From positions 744,001 to 783,449 of the forward strand of contig NW_026515681.1 of the NCBI RefSeq assembly GCF_025526975.1: a stretch of 39,449 bases of DNA. The letters run 5' to 3'. Positions 1-12,557 of this stretch are shown here, one piece after another. The notes under the pieces were generated by a model, which was not told where the DNA came from, did not search any database, and worked only from the letters and a program-made list of their open reading frames with translations. How positions within the stretch are numbered: position 1 is the stretch's first letter; the number at the start of each line of letters is the position of its first letter. The stretch is from Fimicolochytrium jonesii (Eukaryota). A program made the translations under genes and the position numbers.

Positions 1-3000
1 TTGGAATACGGCTTCCGGCGACCCCGACATGGGAAAATTGGGAGTCCCCATCGACGGGGATGAGTGGTGCCTTTGGGGTGCCGGCGGCGGCGCTGGCGGC
101 AGGATCATGGCCGGGGAGGTTGGAGCGGCGATGGCAATCGCCTCGGATGTATCCGCTCCTCTCAGCGCCAGGGCCGGCGACGAAAACGACCGCGACCTGC
201 TCCGGCTGCGATTGCGCTCATGCGACGGGTCCCGCGATCGTTTCTGCGATTGTGTCGGATGCGGCGACAAAGAGGCAGATGCGTGCTCTACCTCCGTCAT
301 ACTGGCAACACCCATATCTTGCAATGGCGGTGCGACAGTCACCTCGGGCGCAGCAGCAGCCGGCCGAACCAACTCAACCCCCGCCGCCAAAAACGGCTTC
401 ACGACCAACAAGGCATCCAGCTGACTCCACGTCTGCTCCAACTGCACCCTTGTCGTATCCTCCCTCACTCCATGCAAACGACTCATACTGTTCAGCCCGT
501 CGATGCAAGCATGCACGGCAATGACACACAACTTCGAGTACGAGTTTTGGCACGAGTCGGATTCAACCGTGTTGTCCACGTTGACGACGACCCACCGCAC
601 GTCTTCGAGGACGCCTTCGATAATGGGGAGGAGCATCGGCGATGCCCCGGTGAATGTTTCCTGGTCTTGTGCTTGTAATGGAGGGCAACGTCGTGCGCTG
701 GAGACTTGCAGGGGTCTGAAGGGATCGGGTGATCGGGTTGGCGTGGGATAGGACGCGAGCTGATGAGTCTCGTCGAGCGGCTGGGTGATCGATTTCGCCG
801 CAGTCGGCGAGGACGACGGGGACCCGGGCTCAATCAGCAAATCGATGAGAAGCAACGTCGATACCAGGCGAATCGCTCGACTGCTATCTCCGCCGCCCTC
901 GGCCGCCGAGTTGCGCGCCTCATCAAACGCAAACGAGTCCGATAGCCGCGCGAGCTCGTTGATGAGACTTGCACGTAACGCCGTCACACGCTGCTTCTGC
1001 GGTTCCGTGGGTGGGGCGCGAGGCATCACAGGGTGTTGTTGCGAGTGGAGGCTCGCATCGCTCAGAGTGTGACTCTCGCCCTCCTTTTTCGCAATCTCAG
1101 CGTCAAGCAGGTTGAGTGTATGCACCTGCGCCGCAAACTCGGCAATCTGAATCGCAGCTGCAAACGTCGCGAGCCTTGACCGCTGCAAGCTCACCGCCAC
1201 TTTGTTAACACAGGACTTGTCTTCGTGGCTGGGTATCGAGCCGACGGCGCTGCATCCGGCTGTCCCGTCTTGCAAGATGACCAGTGCGGCGTTCACGGGG
1301 GCGGGTTTCATAGCCCGGAGAAACGAGTCGACTTTTTCGCCAGAGACGATGCGGTAGTGGAGGGAGAGGAGGACACAGGTCCACCAACAGAAGTTGGTGA
1401 TCTCGCGTTCCACGTCGTCTTGGGTGATGGATTGTCTTGTGCCGTGTGTTGACGATGATGGTGGTGGAGGAGACGGGTGTGAGGAGTCGCTCGACGAAGG
1501 GAGGCTTGCCTTCCTCGACGCAGTCCGTAGCCGCCACCGCTGGGCAAGCTTCCAAGTGCACTGCAGCCGCTTGCCCGTTTCGCGCCACTCCAGCACATCC
1601 TTTGGCGTCAACGTAGCCAAGCGATGCAGGATCATGATCAGGTACGCTTGCAGTGTCTCTAGCGCATCCTCGGCAGGATCATGCTTGGGCCGCGCAGCAT
1701 ACGCATCATCAAACGAGCACGCAGCGGCCGTTTCCGCATCGTCACCGCCGTCCATGGCAAAAATGTCTTGGTCTTCCGATCCAGCTTCGCAGTCGCACAT
1801 CCCGATGGACTTGCGGGCAACGTATGCGGCGGTGGTGACTGCGCGGAAGAGCGGACTGTCTCGGGAGATGAAGCCGTCGGATTGGATGAAGAGGGTCTTG
1901 TTGACAAGGTAGGAGAGCGGGTGCGTGATGAAGAAGGTTTCGGTGAGTTGGAGGCCTTCGACGGGTGATAAAGTTTTGGGAGGAGCTTGCGCGGTGGGTG
2001 CTTTGCCTTTGTTGGTGGGTGGTACGGACGCGTACGACGTGAATGCCGAGCGGACCACGGACGAGCCCGTGTGGGCTGTTGCGGCGGCCAGTGAGCATCG
2101 TGGTTTTTCATGGCTCGAGCCATTCTTCGTGTTGCGAACGTGTAAGAGCTGCTGATGCACGAGAGAGAACAAACACACATGATGCAGTTGTTCCTCACTA
2201 TGTGGAGCGCTCAACGACTGCGGCGCTTCTTCAGCGATTCTGGACGCTTTCTGATTTGGACAGTTTGTAGAAACATATGAAGACAGCGACCGTCTCTTGC
2301 ACTCCGGGGTCAACTTACGAAGTGAAGTGGAATGATGCGCTTGATCGTCCTTGCCATACGCAGGGTCAGTAAACCCGGAACCAGACTCGTCATGCCCAGC
2401 AATCGAATCCGACATCGGGAACGTATACATGCGGAACTCTTCATCAAACGCCGATTCGCTGGCATTGACTGGCCTTGATGGAGGAGGGGCGGTACCGAAA
2501 GGAGACGGCGAGTCACGAGGCGAGCCATGATCGCTAATGGACATCGCGGAGGAACCGCGGCGATTTGCTCCGTGGCGTGATGCGGATGCTGCGGGCATAG
2601 GCCGCGGGAGGCGGACGGGTACGCCATTGCGGATGGCGGTGATGTCCGCCATGGACGATGACGGGGAGCCCTCAGCGGCCGGCGAAGAGGGAGTGGATGA
2701 ACTTGGACTGGCGCTACTGCTGATCGCCTTGCTTGCGTTGAAGGGACGGCCAGCTTTGAGACGGCGGTAGTAGATGCATTCTTGCTGCTTGCTGCGACAG
2801 TGTTCGCACCCTTCAGGTTCTCCTGCGGATTCGGTTTGAGGAGGGAGAGTGATGATGAGAACGACGAAGGCAGGTAACGGACGTGCTTGACAACTGAGAA
2901 GGTAGACAACTCGAAAGACAAACGTCTCCAAACACACACCTGAGCATTTGATCTTCCTATAGCGACAAGCCTATTCAGATTGCCGAGATGCATCAGCGCG

Positions 3001-3364
3001 ATTCATATGAAACGAGCCGCTGTCGGAACACAGAGGCGCAACGGGATGCACATACCTCACAAGCAGTTCTCAGCTGCTTCTCCGACGGCTTCAAATCCGG
3101 TCGGTCGTTCATGTCGATGCGTTGTCGCAGATCCTGGCACACCTCCTGGCGCTGTTGATCTTGCTGCTCTGCCGACTGTTGCTGTTGCTGCTGCTGCTGC
3201 TGATGTTGCGGTCGCACGCTTCGATTCTGATCCTGGAGCATCTCTTGTGGCTGCTCGTATCGCTGATGTGGATGCATCGCTTGTTGCGGATGTTGATGTT
3301 GGTTATGATCGACGGCTTCATGCAGGTTGTGGTATTGTTGAAATGGAAAGCCACCTTTGCTCAT
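1..3364 (-). CDS. Zn(II)2Cys6 (GAL4-like) fungal transcription factor, spliced, 3' end runs off the left edge of the window
   Basis: Joining exons 3364-3056, 2970-2940 and 2822 onward across GT-AG introns rebuilds ACEACRYRKIKCSGEPEGCEHCRSKQQEC (C-x2-C-x6-C-x6-C-x2-C-x6-C). There is a poly-Gln N-terminus. The frame stays open from 2822 to position 1 (possible in-frame intron from 2318) and includes a middle-homology-like segment LTETFFITHPLSYLVNKTLF. Missing from the ORF track because it has no stop in the window. Confidence 0.88.
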
Positions 3365-5885
3365 ATTTCTCGAACACGTAGCAGCGGGCGACAAGCTGTC
3401 CCAGATGGGAAACGAAAGGACAATCCGGGAGGCCAAGGGTGGCTACGACTTTGGGCCACGTTCGAATTTTTGCCCAAGGGCTGAGGGCGAGGCATATAGG
3501 ACCACTAGCCTAGTACTAGTGGGGGCTTCTTGGGGTAACGCACACAAAGTGTTACAGCTTGTGGCTGGCTGGTGGCAGTTTGAGAGTCGTGGTTTAGCAA
3601 CGATGGGAATCTCCTCGCTTGTGGATGATGAGGATGGACGGAATGAGGGCAAACAAAATGGCGGCAATGGTGGCACGGCAAAGAAGATGGCGGTTGGAAT
3701 CTCGTCGCGGGCACTTTTTCACACCCGGAAGCTTTATATAATATATATACTCTGTCTCGGTTGCGGGGCGACGGGAGGAGAAGGGGTCGTCGCCGTCCCG
3801 GTCTGCCTTGCCTCCTATCCCTTTCCTCCGTCCGTTTCCCGCTGAGGGGGGGCAACGCAACGACCGGCCGCAAGGAACGTTTGTGGGTGTGCGTGCTGAG
3901 GCCGAATACCTCCGCCGCCACTCTCGCTCCCTCCCTCGCACACTGGCACCGAGCGACCCACAGCGTTGGGTGTGCTTTGCCCGGTTTTTTTCTGCTGACG
4001 AGCCGAGCCGGTTGGGAGGGCCCCGTTTCTTGCCCCCCTTTGAGTGAGAATACAGCCAAGCGAGGTGTATGCCACACACAAGTCCAATATTCCTGCGTAT
4101 AAAGCACGTACTGTATACACGCATTGTCGCACGCGGCGTGATCTTTTACGGTTTTGTGGGGGGTGGCCCGGCGGAGAGCTGACGGCTCTGTGCTCATGGC
4201 GGCGGTCTGTAACCTCTGGCAGAGGACCGAGAGAGGAGCCGCCGACGGGGGTGCTTCTGATGTACCGCACGTTAAAAAGTCCCATCGAGCCACGTTGTGT
4301 TTTCACGGACGCCTCGTCAGCAAACAGGACTGGACATCTCATGGAGGACATGCATGCGAGCGACGCGACGGGTTGAGCGCTGAACACAGTATATATAGAT
4401 AGCAGGTGGTAGCGCGCACAAGGACGAAGCACAAAACCAACCATTGTTGATGATCTCATGGATTCCGCTAGTCCATCATTCGTAGATCGAGCAGGGGGTG
4501 GCACTGGTGGGTGGTGAGGAGAACACCTCATTCTCATATTGCGGGGCGTACTGTGTGTGTAACGCTCCCATTCCACGCAGCGATTCCACAGTCCCGTCCA
4601 GTCAGGGTCCCATGAGAAATAAATCGCCCACAAGTCACGTGAGTGCCCGAGGGTGATTTCCAATGAGACCCTGACTCTGTATGTATTGTACGCGTTACGG
4701 ACGCGTCTCCATTTGCCTTAACGAGTTGACGCATGGGCTACTGCGGCATACAACAGTCGGTTGCATTTCCATCAGCTACTATCTAGGTCCCGAGTTTGTG
4801 CTCTGGACGAGGAACGTAGTCCTCTAGAGTCTATGGACGAGGAGGAGGCAATGTGGCCGAGCGGTGAACAGAATCAACGGTCGTAGCGGAGAAGCCGGCC
4901 GCCTTCGAGTGCGGCTTTCTGGGGCCTCAGGGATATAGCTTTGTTCATTGTCTCGCGTGCGGCCCAGGGTAGTGGCTTCGCAGACCGCCATGGTCCATTG
5001 GACGATGGAAACGCGTTGTTCCCTGTGTCATTTCAGGAGCGGCTGATTGCGCGAGGATGGAGAGTCCGGCGGCTTGCTCTTTCAAAGCCGACCGGCATTT
5101 TGAATTGCGTTGTCCTCATCTTCATCCTCCTCCCAGCAAGAGCGGGATATGACCATGTTTGGGACTTTTGGTTTGTCGGCCGCTTGAAATGTCGCGGAGT
5201 GAGGGTAGCGGTTCCTCTTGAAGCCGGCGGGGGAGCGAGTTCGCCAGGCTTCAGCGCTAGGACGACAGGAGTTCTTTTTTGCGTGTGTGAATTGCGTCGA
5301 GACGATGGGCACATTCGGTTCGGACATGTCATGCATGCGTACGCGTTCGGCACTCGTGGGGCCGCGGCGAGAGCGGCCTTTGTGACGTTCATGTTCAGCG
5401 AGAGCTCGTCGTTTTGCGTCGAGAGCTGCGATACGGGTTGGCGCGCTCAATGGAGTCTACAACCCTTCTCGGCGTGACGGAGATTCGCTTCCCACTCGGC
5501 TGTTTCCTCAGTGTGCGGGAAGACCCGGGATGCGGCGAAGAATACGACGCTCGTGCGACGAAGAAACGAGTCTGCTTGGGGCGCGTCTCCATTTGCATCG
5601 TCTTTGGATACCGCTCTGCCAAGGGGTCCATTCAATTGTCGAGCCGAGTGCTCTTTTTGTTTTTGTGGAAACCCACGCGCTGAGACTATAGAGAGGAACA
5701 CCGCCGAAATCCAACGTATCAATCATCCCGTATCAGAAAAAATGTATTGCCCAAACCCCCACCGTCCATAAACACAAAAGGGGGCCTCGTTCGGGGGGGT
5801 ATATATATATATCTTACGTACACCCCCTTCCCCCCCAAAAAAACCCCCATCAGCTTCACAACCCCTCGCAATATCCAATCACCCC

Positions 5886-8800
5886 TCACATCCCCAGACC
5901 ACTCTCCCACAACGTTTCCAGTTCCCCCCGTCTCCGCTCCACACACTTCCAGTCCATCTCCGCCTTCGCGACAGCCTCGACATCCCTCCACGCCTTCTCG
6001 ACGGCCGTCGCGAACCGCGCCCATTCCCTCGCGGGCGCATGTGTCATTTTCCCGATCCGGTTGAGCAAGGCCGGGGCGCTGAGTGTGGCGAGGGAGGCCA
6101 GCAGCGTCGTCGTGTGCGCGTGCGTGGGGTGGGTCGAGACGGCGAGGAGGTGGACGACCAGCGCCTGCACCTGTCCGGTCGTCTGCGATATGGTGGAACC
6201 GACGCTGGCTCGCTCGATGAGGCTGTCGAACACTGCGGACTCGACCCACGCACGCCGGAACCGCACCAACGCGGCCCCGAGCGCCGTCGGGTGCCGCGCG
6301 GGCGTGAAATACCGGTCTAGGGGTACGCCCAGCGCCAGCAGCCGTAGGAGGGGGAGGATCGCGGCCCCGGTCGTCGGTCGTGGCTTCCGCCCCCCCGCGG
6401 CGGTGTCGGCACACATGGAGGTGAACTCCGGGATGGGCGTGTCGAGGATCTTGCGCGCGAGGATGTGGCCGGCGGTGGAGGTTTGGCGGAGGACGGCGGT
6501 GAGGGTTGGAAAGGGGATGGTGGGGAGGGCGGGGAGGGGTGGGAGCGGGGTGGGTGGCGGGTGGGTGAGTGGAGTGGTGCTGGGGGAGGTCGCGGTGGAG
6601 AGGATGTCGAGGGCCAGGGAGACTATGTCGGGGTCTGCTGCAAACTCCTTTGGTTGTGCGGCGAGGGTGGGAGTGAACTCGCTGGGGGAATCGGCGCCCG
6701 CGGCTTGTGGTCTGGACGGGTCCGCGGACGCTGAGACGGTCCGTGTGGGTTCTGCTGTATCCTGCGCATCCGCACTGTCGGAATTTTCCGCAACTTCGCG
6801 AACCCACCCCCAAACAACCCCCCTCTCTTCCCCATTGAACCACCGCTCCATACACCCCCCCACTTCACAAGCCCTTGCAAACGCCTCACACATCCCACTC
6901 GCAACAATCGCATCCGCAATCTCCCCCGGGGTACCCCGCGCAAGCAGGTCGTTGATCCGTATCGTGGAGCCCGTGGGGGTTTGCAGCGTGAGGGTGTTGT
7001 GTCGGGTTCGCCCGAGCCGGGATTTGGCGCGGAGGAGGGATAGGAGGGCGGGTGGGTGCGTGTACGTCGACGTCGGTGGCGGAGAGTCAGATATCGAAGA
7101 GGTATCCGACCCTGGTTGTTCAGTATCCGTACTCCTCGAAATCGCAAACGGGCATGTGGGTCCCGTGGTGGTAAGTCCCGAAACCGGGCATTTCCCACCA
7201 CTCTCTCTCTGCGTTGAGACACCCTCCACCTCCACCTCGTCTTTATCACCACTCAACCCCCGAATCCACTCCCCGAGAACCCTCCGTTCCCCCTCATCGA
7301 AAACCGCAAACATCGGCCCCCCGAACCCACACAACCCCGCCAACAACCCACTCCTCTCCGGCCTCCCTCTCCACACCCACCGTTTCTCCCTACTCAACAC
7401 CTCAACCAGCTCATCTTTCCGTGTGTGGATGTGGGCGGGGTCGAGCCAGTAGTGCAACGGGTGGGACCCGAGCCGGGAGTGCGGGGAGTGGATGCGGTGG
7501 GCGTAAGGGGATTTCCGGGCGAGGATGTGGGACACGGCGTGGGTTAGGATTTGGTGCGGGGTGGGTGTGGTGGTCGGGGAGGAGGTGAGGGTGGTGAGGG
7601 ACCGTTCGAGTTGCCGGCGCCGATCGATATGCGGTTGGAGCGGGTTGCGTTCAGAGAGGTAGAAGCCTGCCACGATGCGTTGCCAATGTTCGTTCATTCT
7701 GTTAGAACCAGGGGAAGGGAAGATTGTCAGTATACAGTTGGTACGTCATGCCAAGAGGTCAACAGCACAAAGGAGATTTTGGAATACTCACACATCAACC
7801 CCACTGACGGTCCTCACCCACTCCAAATAGTTCCTCACCGCATCGACAGCCAGCCTCGCATGGCCATTCGCCGCGTTGTCGATACTGACATGCAGCAAAA
7901 AATACGTCGCGTCCAATCCCATACGCTCAAACTCCCAACTCGTCACCAACAAATGCAGCGGGAGCTGCTCATACCCCAGGTTATATCCCAGGGCCTCCGG
8001 GAAGAATTCGTGCGCGGAGAATTGGCCGAGGGCGAGCTGGATACAGCCGCGGGTGAAGGCGGGGGTGAGGATGGTGGGTGTGTGGGCGAAGGTGGAGGAG
8101 TGGGCGGGCGGGAGGGAGGGGCTAGTGGAGGAGAGGGTGAGGGTGTAGACCGTGACATGGTTTTGTGGGAGAATGCCGTCGCCGAGTTCTTCGATGAAGG
8201 TGGTGTAAAGGGGGAGGGCGGTGCGTTTTGCTTGCGTGTGGTGGTGGTGCGGTTGTGGTGAGGTTGTTGTTGTAGGCGGGAATGGGGAGTGGGAATCCGA
8301 CGACGACGGCGCGGAAGTGCCGCTGCCTACAACGTGCTGTAACCACGCTCCGTCGACTAGTTTGGTCGGCGCGTTCTGCAACAGCCACCATTCGGCGAAC
8401 GCCCGGCTCGGAAACATCGTATTCGCGTATCGCAGGGCTTCCGCTTCCTCTTTCTCTTCATCCACCTCCTCATCATCTCCCTTCCTCGTCTTTGCTCTTA
8501 GAGTCTCCCACTCCTCCATCCGACGATCCCATCCGGCGCGATACTCATGGTACGCGTCCATGGTGCGTTGGTGCTGGGCGAGCATGAAGGATTCCAGGGC
8601 GGCGGGGTCGTACCCGTTGCGCATGGCGGCGCCGAGGGTGGCTGGGGGTGTTGTTTGGGTGAGCTTAGAGGCAGCGGCGTCGTGGGCGGCTTGGATGGCG
8701 GAGAGGCGTAGTTGGGATTGGAGGAATGTGCGGGCGATTGGCAGGACGTCTATAAGTTGAGGAAATGTTAGGATGAGCGAAGTGAATGGAAGCTTGCGCG

Positions 8801-9193
8801 GATCGGGCGGTACATACCAGGATAATCCTCGACATTCATCAACCGATAAAAGAGTTCGCGATGCGAGATGTGACCATCCTCCTCTTTCACGTCACCCTCC
8901 ATATCGTCCCCCCACCAAGTTCCCCTCCCATTCTCGCCCGCAACCCTCTCAACCTCCCTCACCCAGTCCCCAAAAACTCCGCCATCCTCGTCGGTCTCCT
9001 CAACATCCCCAACAGTCGTCGATCCACTTGACGACGTATTCGAACCACGACGAGGTGTTTTGGGGGGCGTGATGGTGGCATCGTCGTCAGCGGTTGGGTA
9101 GGAGTTTGTCGTACAATGGTTGTTTGTTGGAGTGACGAGGTGGGATGGTTTGAGGAAGGAGGTTAGGAGGGCTGTTAGGGGTGTTGGGAGCAT
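5886..9193 (-). CDS. Iron-containing redox enzyme family protein (heme-oxygenase-like diiron oxidase, HDO), ~1048 aa, 3 exons
   Basis: Exons 9193-8818, 8749-7792 and 7698-5886 total 3147 nt, in frame, with GT-AG introns and CTAAC branch sites. Motifs APTKLVDGAWLQ, EELGDGILPQNH, GYNLGYEQ and YFLLHVSIDNAANGH supply candidate E/H/E/H/D/H diiron ligands. Downstream FGGPMFAVFDEGE..LGEWI is also typical of the family. Confidence 0.8.
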
Positions 9194-12100
9194 TTTTTGT
9201 GCGTGGGCGTTGATGGGGGGTTGTTATTGTTGTCGATGAAGAGCGTCGCTGATAATTTCGATGCTGTTTTTGGCTCGTCCGTTGACGCTGAATGCAGCAG
9301 CAGGTGGTAGTGATCACTGAGAGAGATGAGTGAATGGAAAAAGAAGCGTTTGTTCCAAAACCGGTTCAGGCGACAAAGGAGAAGAAAGGGCGTATAGGTC
9401 AGATGTACTGTATTTGTGGAGTCTGATATATGGTACAAGACGGGATATGATATGGGAGAGGGAATATCCGCCAGTGAAAGAGGAGATCTATGGGAAATAC
9501 AGTACAGCGCGAACGGGCGCCCACCCAAAGCGTCGTTTTTTGTGATGGGAAAGCGAGTTCTTCCGTCTCCCATGACTTGACTTGACGTATTTATGATAGG
9601 GACGGATGCGCCGGAGGTTGCGGGAGGCAGAAGCAAGCAAAGGACAACGTGCCCCAGCAGGGGATCCGCGTATGTACTATGATATGTAGGACGGAGTAAC
9701 TTGTGGTTGCAACCCGATTCCCCGTCGCTCACTCTCACTTTCACTTGGGGCTTCCAGATCCAAGTCACGGGCCTCACCCTCCCTTCTCTTGCTTGAGTCT
9801 TGTGGGTGGGAGGGAGTGACCACATGATGATGGGGGGGGGGCGCGGGGGCCAGTCCCAAGGATGCTCCGCAAAAGCCTCACCCAAAAAAGAAAAAGGAAT
9901 GGATGCGGATGAAGCGCCTGACAGGAAACGGGAATGACCGGGGGGGACGGGAGTTACGCCGTATGAGGTCATGTACGCGTCATGCATGACTCATGCTACT
10001 TAAACTATCCACTCGCGTCATGTGACCTTGCGCTTGGACTCGGATGTGTGAGGATATCTCAGAATGCTCTATCATGGGGCCAAGCTTGCGCACCGCGGAT
10101 CTGGGAATGATGAAGATCGTGGATACTCTTTCAACGTGGGAGGGGAAGCTTCAGTGCAGCGGGCGGTGATACCTATGTGCGACGGTGCCGGAAAGGAGGA
10201 AGGTTCCGGCAGACGGATTGGTGATGGTCATCTATATTTGATTGCATGTTGGAAAATCAAACGTTTGCCAAACTGCCAAAGAGTGTTTCATGGGGACGGA
10301 GAGGGATTGATGCTAGACCTGCGGATCTGGACCAGCGAGCCCGCTCCGTTGAGTTCGTAACCCATCGATGGCAACTTCTCAGAACCAGCCTTCGGTGGGA
10401 GGTCGTACGGCAGATGGCACAGGAAGGCGGAAACCACCAAATGAAAGCGACAAAGACGACAAGTCAAAAAGACAACATGGCAGCGCAACTCTCACCCACC
10501 GCCCGCTGCCTCCCCCCGACGAGCACAAGCAATATCGGTTGGCGCAGCAAAGTGTCACGCAAGAGCAGCAGCAGCAGGCGCACGCACGATTTGCAAGCGA
10601 CCAAGGTTGAGGCTTCCCGGTTTACTCATTGCTGATGTGCTGTCGCCGCACACAGCGGCCGTCAAAGTGGCAGACATACATGCGTAGCTTGAAGCCATCA
10701 TGACCGTTGTGCAAAGAGTAGCCTCCAGCCAGGGTGACGGAGACTCACTCGGTATTTTGCAGACCACTCATTCGTGACTACTATTTGTTGGAGCTTCACT
10801 CCCTGACTCCCAGGTAGCCGCTGCGGGACTCCAAGTCAGGCCCATGTCGGGATACCACTAGCGCCAAGGGCGCGGTGGGCAGCTTGACCTGCTGGAAAAT
10901 GTTTGCAATAGCCTGTGACCTTCGCTCACTTGCCCGAGATCGAGATACGCTATGCCACTCCACACACGACTGACCTTGAGTCAGGGTACCACTGCCGTCA
11001 GGTATGCAGGGTATCCTGCACCGTGCAACGCCTTAGAAAACCATGCTTGGCCTGCAGACTCGGCACACCTGGCACCTCTATATGACGGCGAAAGAACCTT
11101 TAGCAATGCGAAGAAGCACTGAGCAAAGGGGCGCAGGTCCCGTCATTTCCGGCGCGATTCCGGCACTAACGCCATCCCGGCGTTTCGGTAAGGTCGGGAC
11201 GGTTCCGGGACACAATACGTTACACAAATTACCACAACATCCGCCAAATTTGGGAGAGAAACACCCGCGAAGTCGAACAAGTTGCACGACGGGCTCCGAT
11301 CAGCTCGCCGGGTGAAGGATCCCGTCGGGATGATCGACAAATCATGACGATTCCCGGTGAACGAACGGACGTTTCACGAGGGAGGTGTGAATTTGAAGTT
11401 GGGAATTCGTCGACCAGAATTTCTTCGGCGCGTCGCGTTGCGCAGCTTTGTCTTCCGACATATTCGGTGCTCAGAAAATGGTCGAATGGACGAGTCAGAG
11501 TCGGACGACCGTCTGTAACATGCATGCAATTCACCGGCTGGTCGATGCAGCCGTGGCCTATCGATGAACGGGATCAGTGGGTACCGGTTATGACGCTGTG
11601 CATTGGCGGTTAGTTGGAACTTGGAACTTTGCTGAGCGAAGAGCGGGTTGGTTGATCATGCAACCCGCCTTCTCTCGAGTTTCGTATGAATGCCAGATCC
11701 ACCAACCCCTTCTTTCTTCGGCGTAGAAGCTTCCACCGGCCATCATCCATGCAGCACTGGCATATGGCTCGGATGACGGTAGTGGCCTTCCGTCTACGTC
11801 GCACGCGTGCTTTGTGTTCAAGGACTTCAAAACCATGTCAACTCTCGGAATGCGTTGCCGAATAGGAGCATTGCGCGCCATCAAAAACTGATGCGACCAG
11901 CGATAGTAAAGTCTCACAGAAGTCGGATCCCTCCGAGTTGTGGATCCGGCCCCAAATCGCGTATCCTTCAAGACGAGGAGAAGATGGCCTCGACCCTTAT
12001 TTTGTCCAATGTTCCCGGATACCCCCTTTCTTTATACGGAATGCGAGAAAAACCTCGACGCTGCGCTACCCGTAGGCACCGTCCACTGCGGGAATGTTAG

Positions 12101-12557
12101 TCAATCATGAATCAGGCAGGCCCGGATCCAAAGAATGCGACGCAAAACCTCGTTCAGGGACCATGACGTTCTCCGATTGCATATCTATGGTTTTTTGTGT
12201 CTAGCCAACCCGGCCCGGACATGCTCGGAACATGAGGGATTTCGCTACGAAAGCGTCGAAGGATACAGGGTCAATCCCGTCGTTTCCGGCCAGCTTTTCC
12301 AAGCCCACTGCCGGATGCGAATCCCTGGGTAGGCTGGATATAAAACTACGTGGATAGCTCTTCCGGGTCCCATAGTCTACGATAATCGCCCTCGGCTGTT
12401 TCCTCGGTTCCCTTTTGCCCTGCGCCCTGACTTGGACGTTTGCTTCCAAGTTCATCCAAGCGCTCGCAAAATCCTCTCGCTCGCGCGCCGGTTTCCGCTG
12501 TCACTGTCACCCACTACTGCCAGCGGCCCCCCTTTCCAGGTTCGCATCCCACCCGCC

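Noticed and set aside
29..2300. Many overlapping 60-200 aa ORFs on both strands
   Set aside because: Shadow frames of the GC-rich minus-strand TF exon.
4702..5596. 15-bp direct repeat CGCGTCTCCATTTGC at 4702 and 5582
   Set aside because: No terminal repeats or transposase between the copies; cannot be distinguished from chance or a regulatory motif.
3500..5800. ORFs such as 3505-4293, 3815-4663, 5033-5392 and 5082-5450
   Set aside because: No recognisable domains, splice pattern or consistent coding signal; treated as intergenic.
9330..12450. Short ORFs in the HDO-ferric reductase intergenic region (for example 10368-10610)
   Set aside because: No motifs or supporting gene structure.
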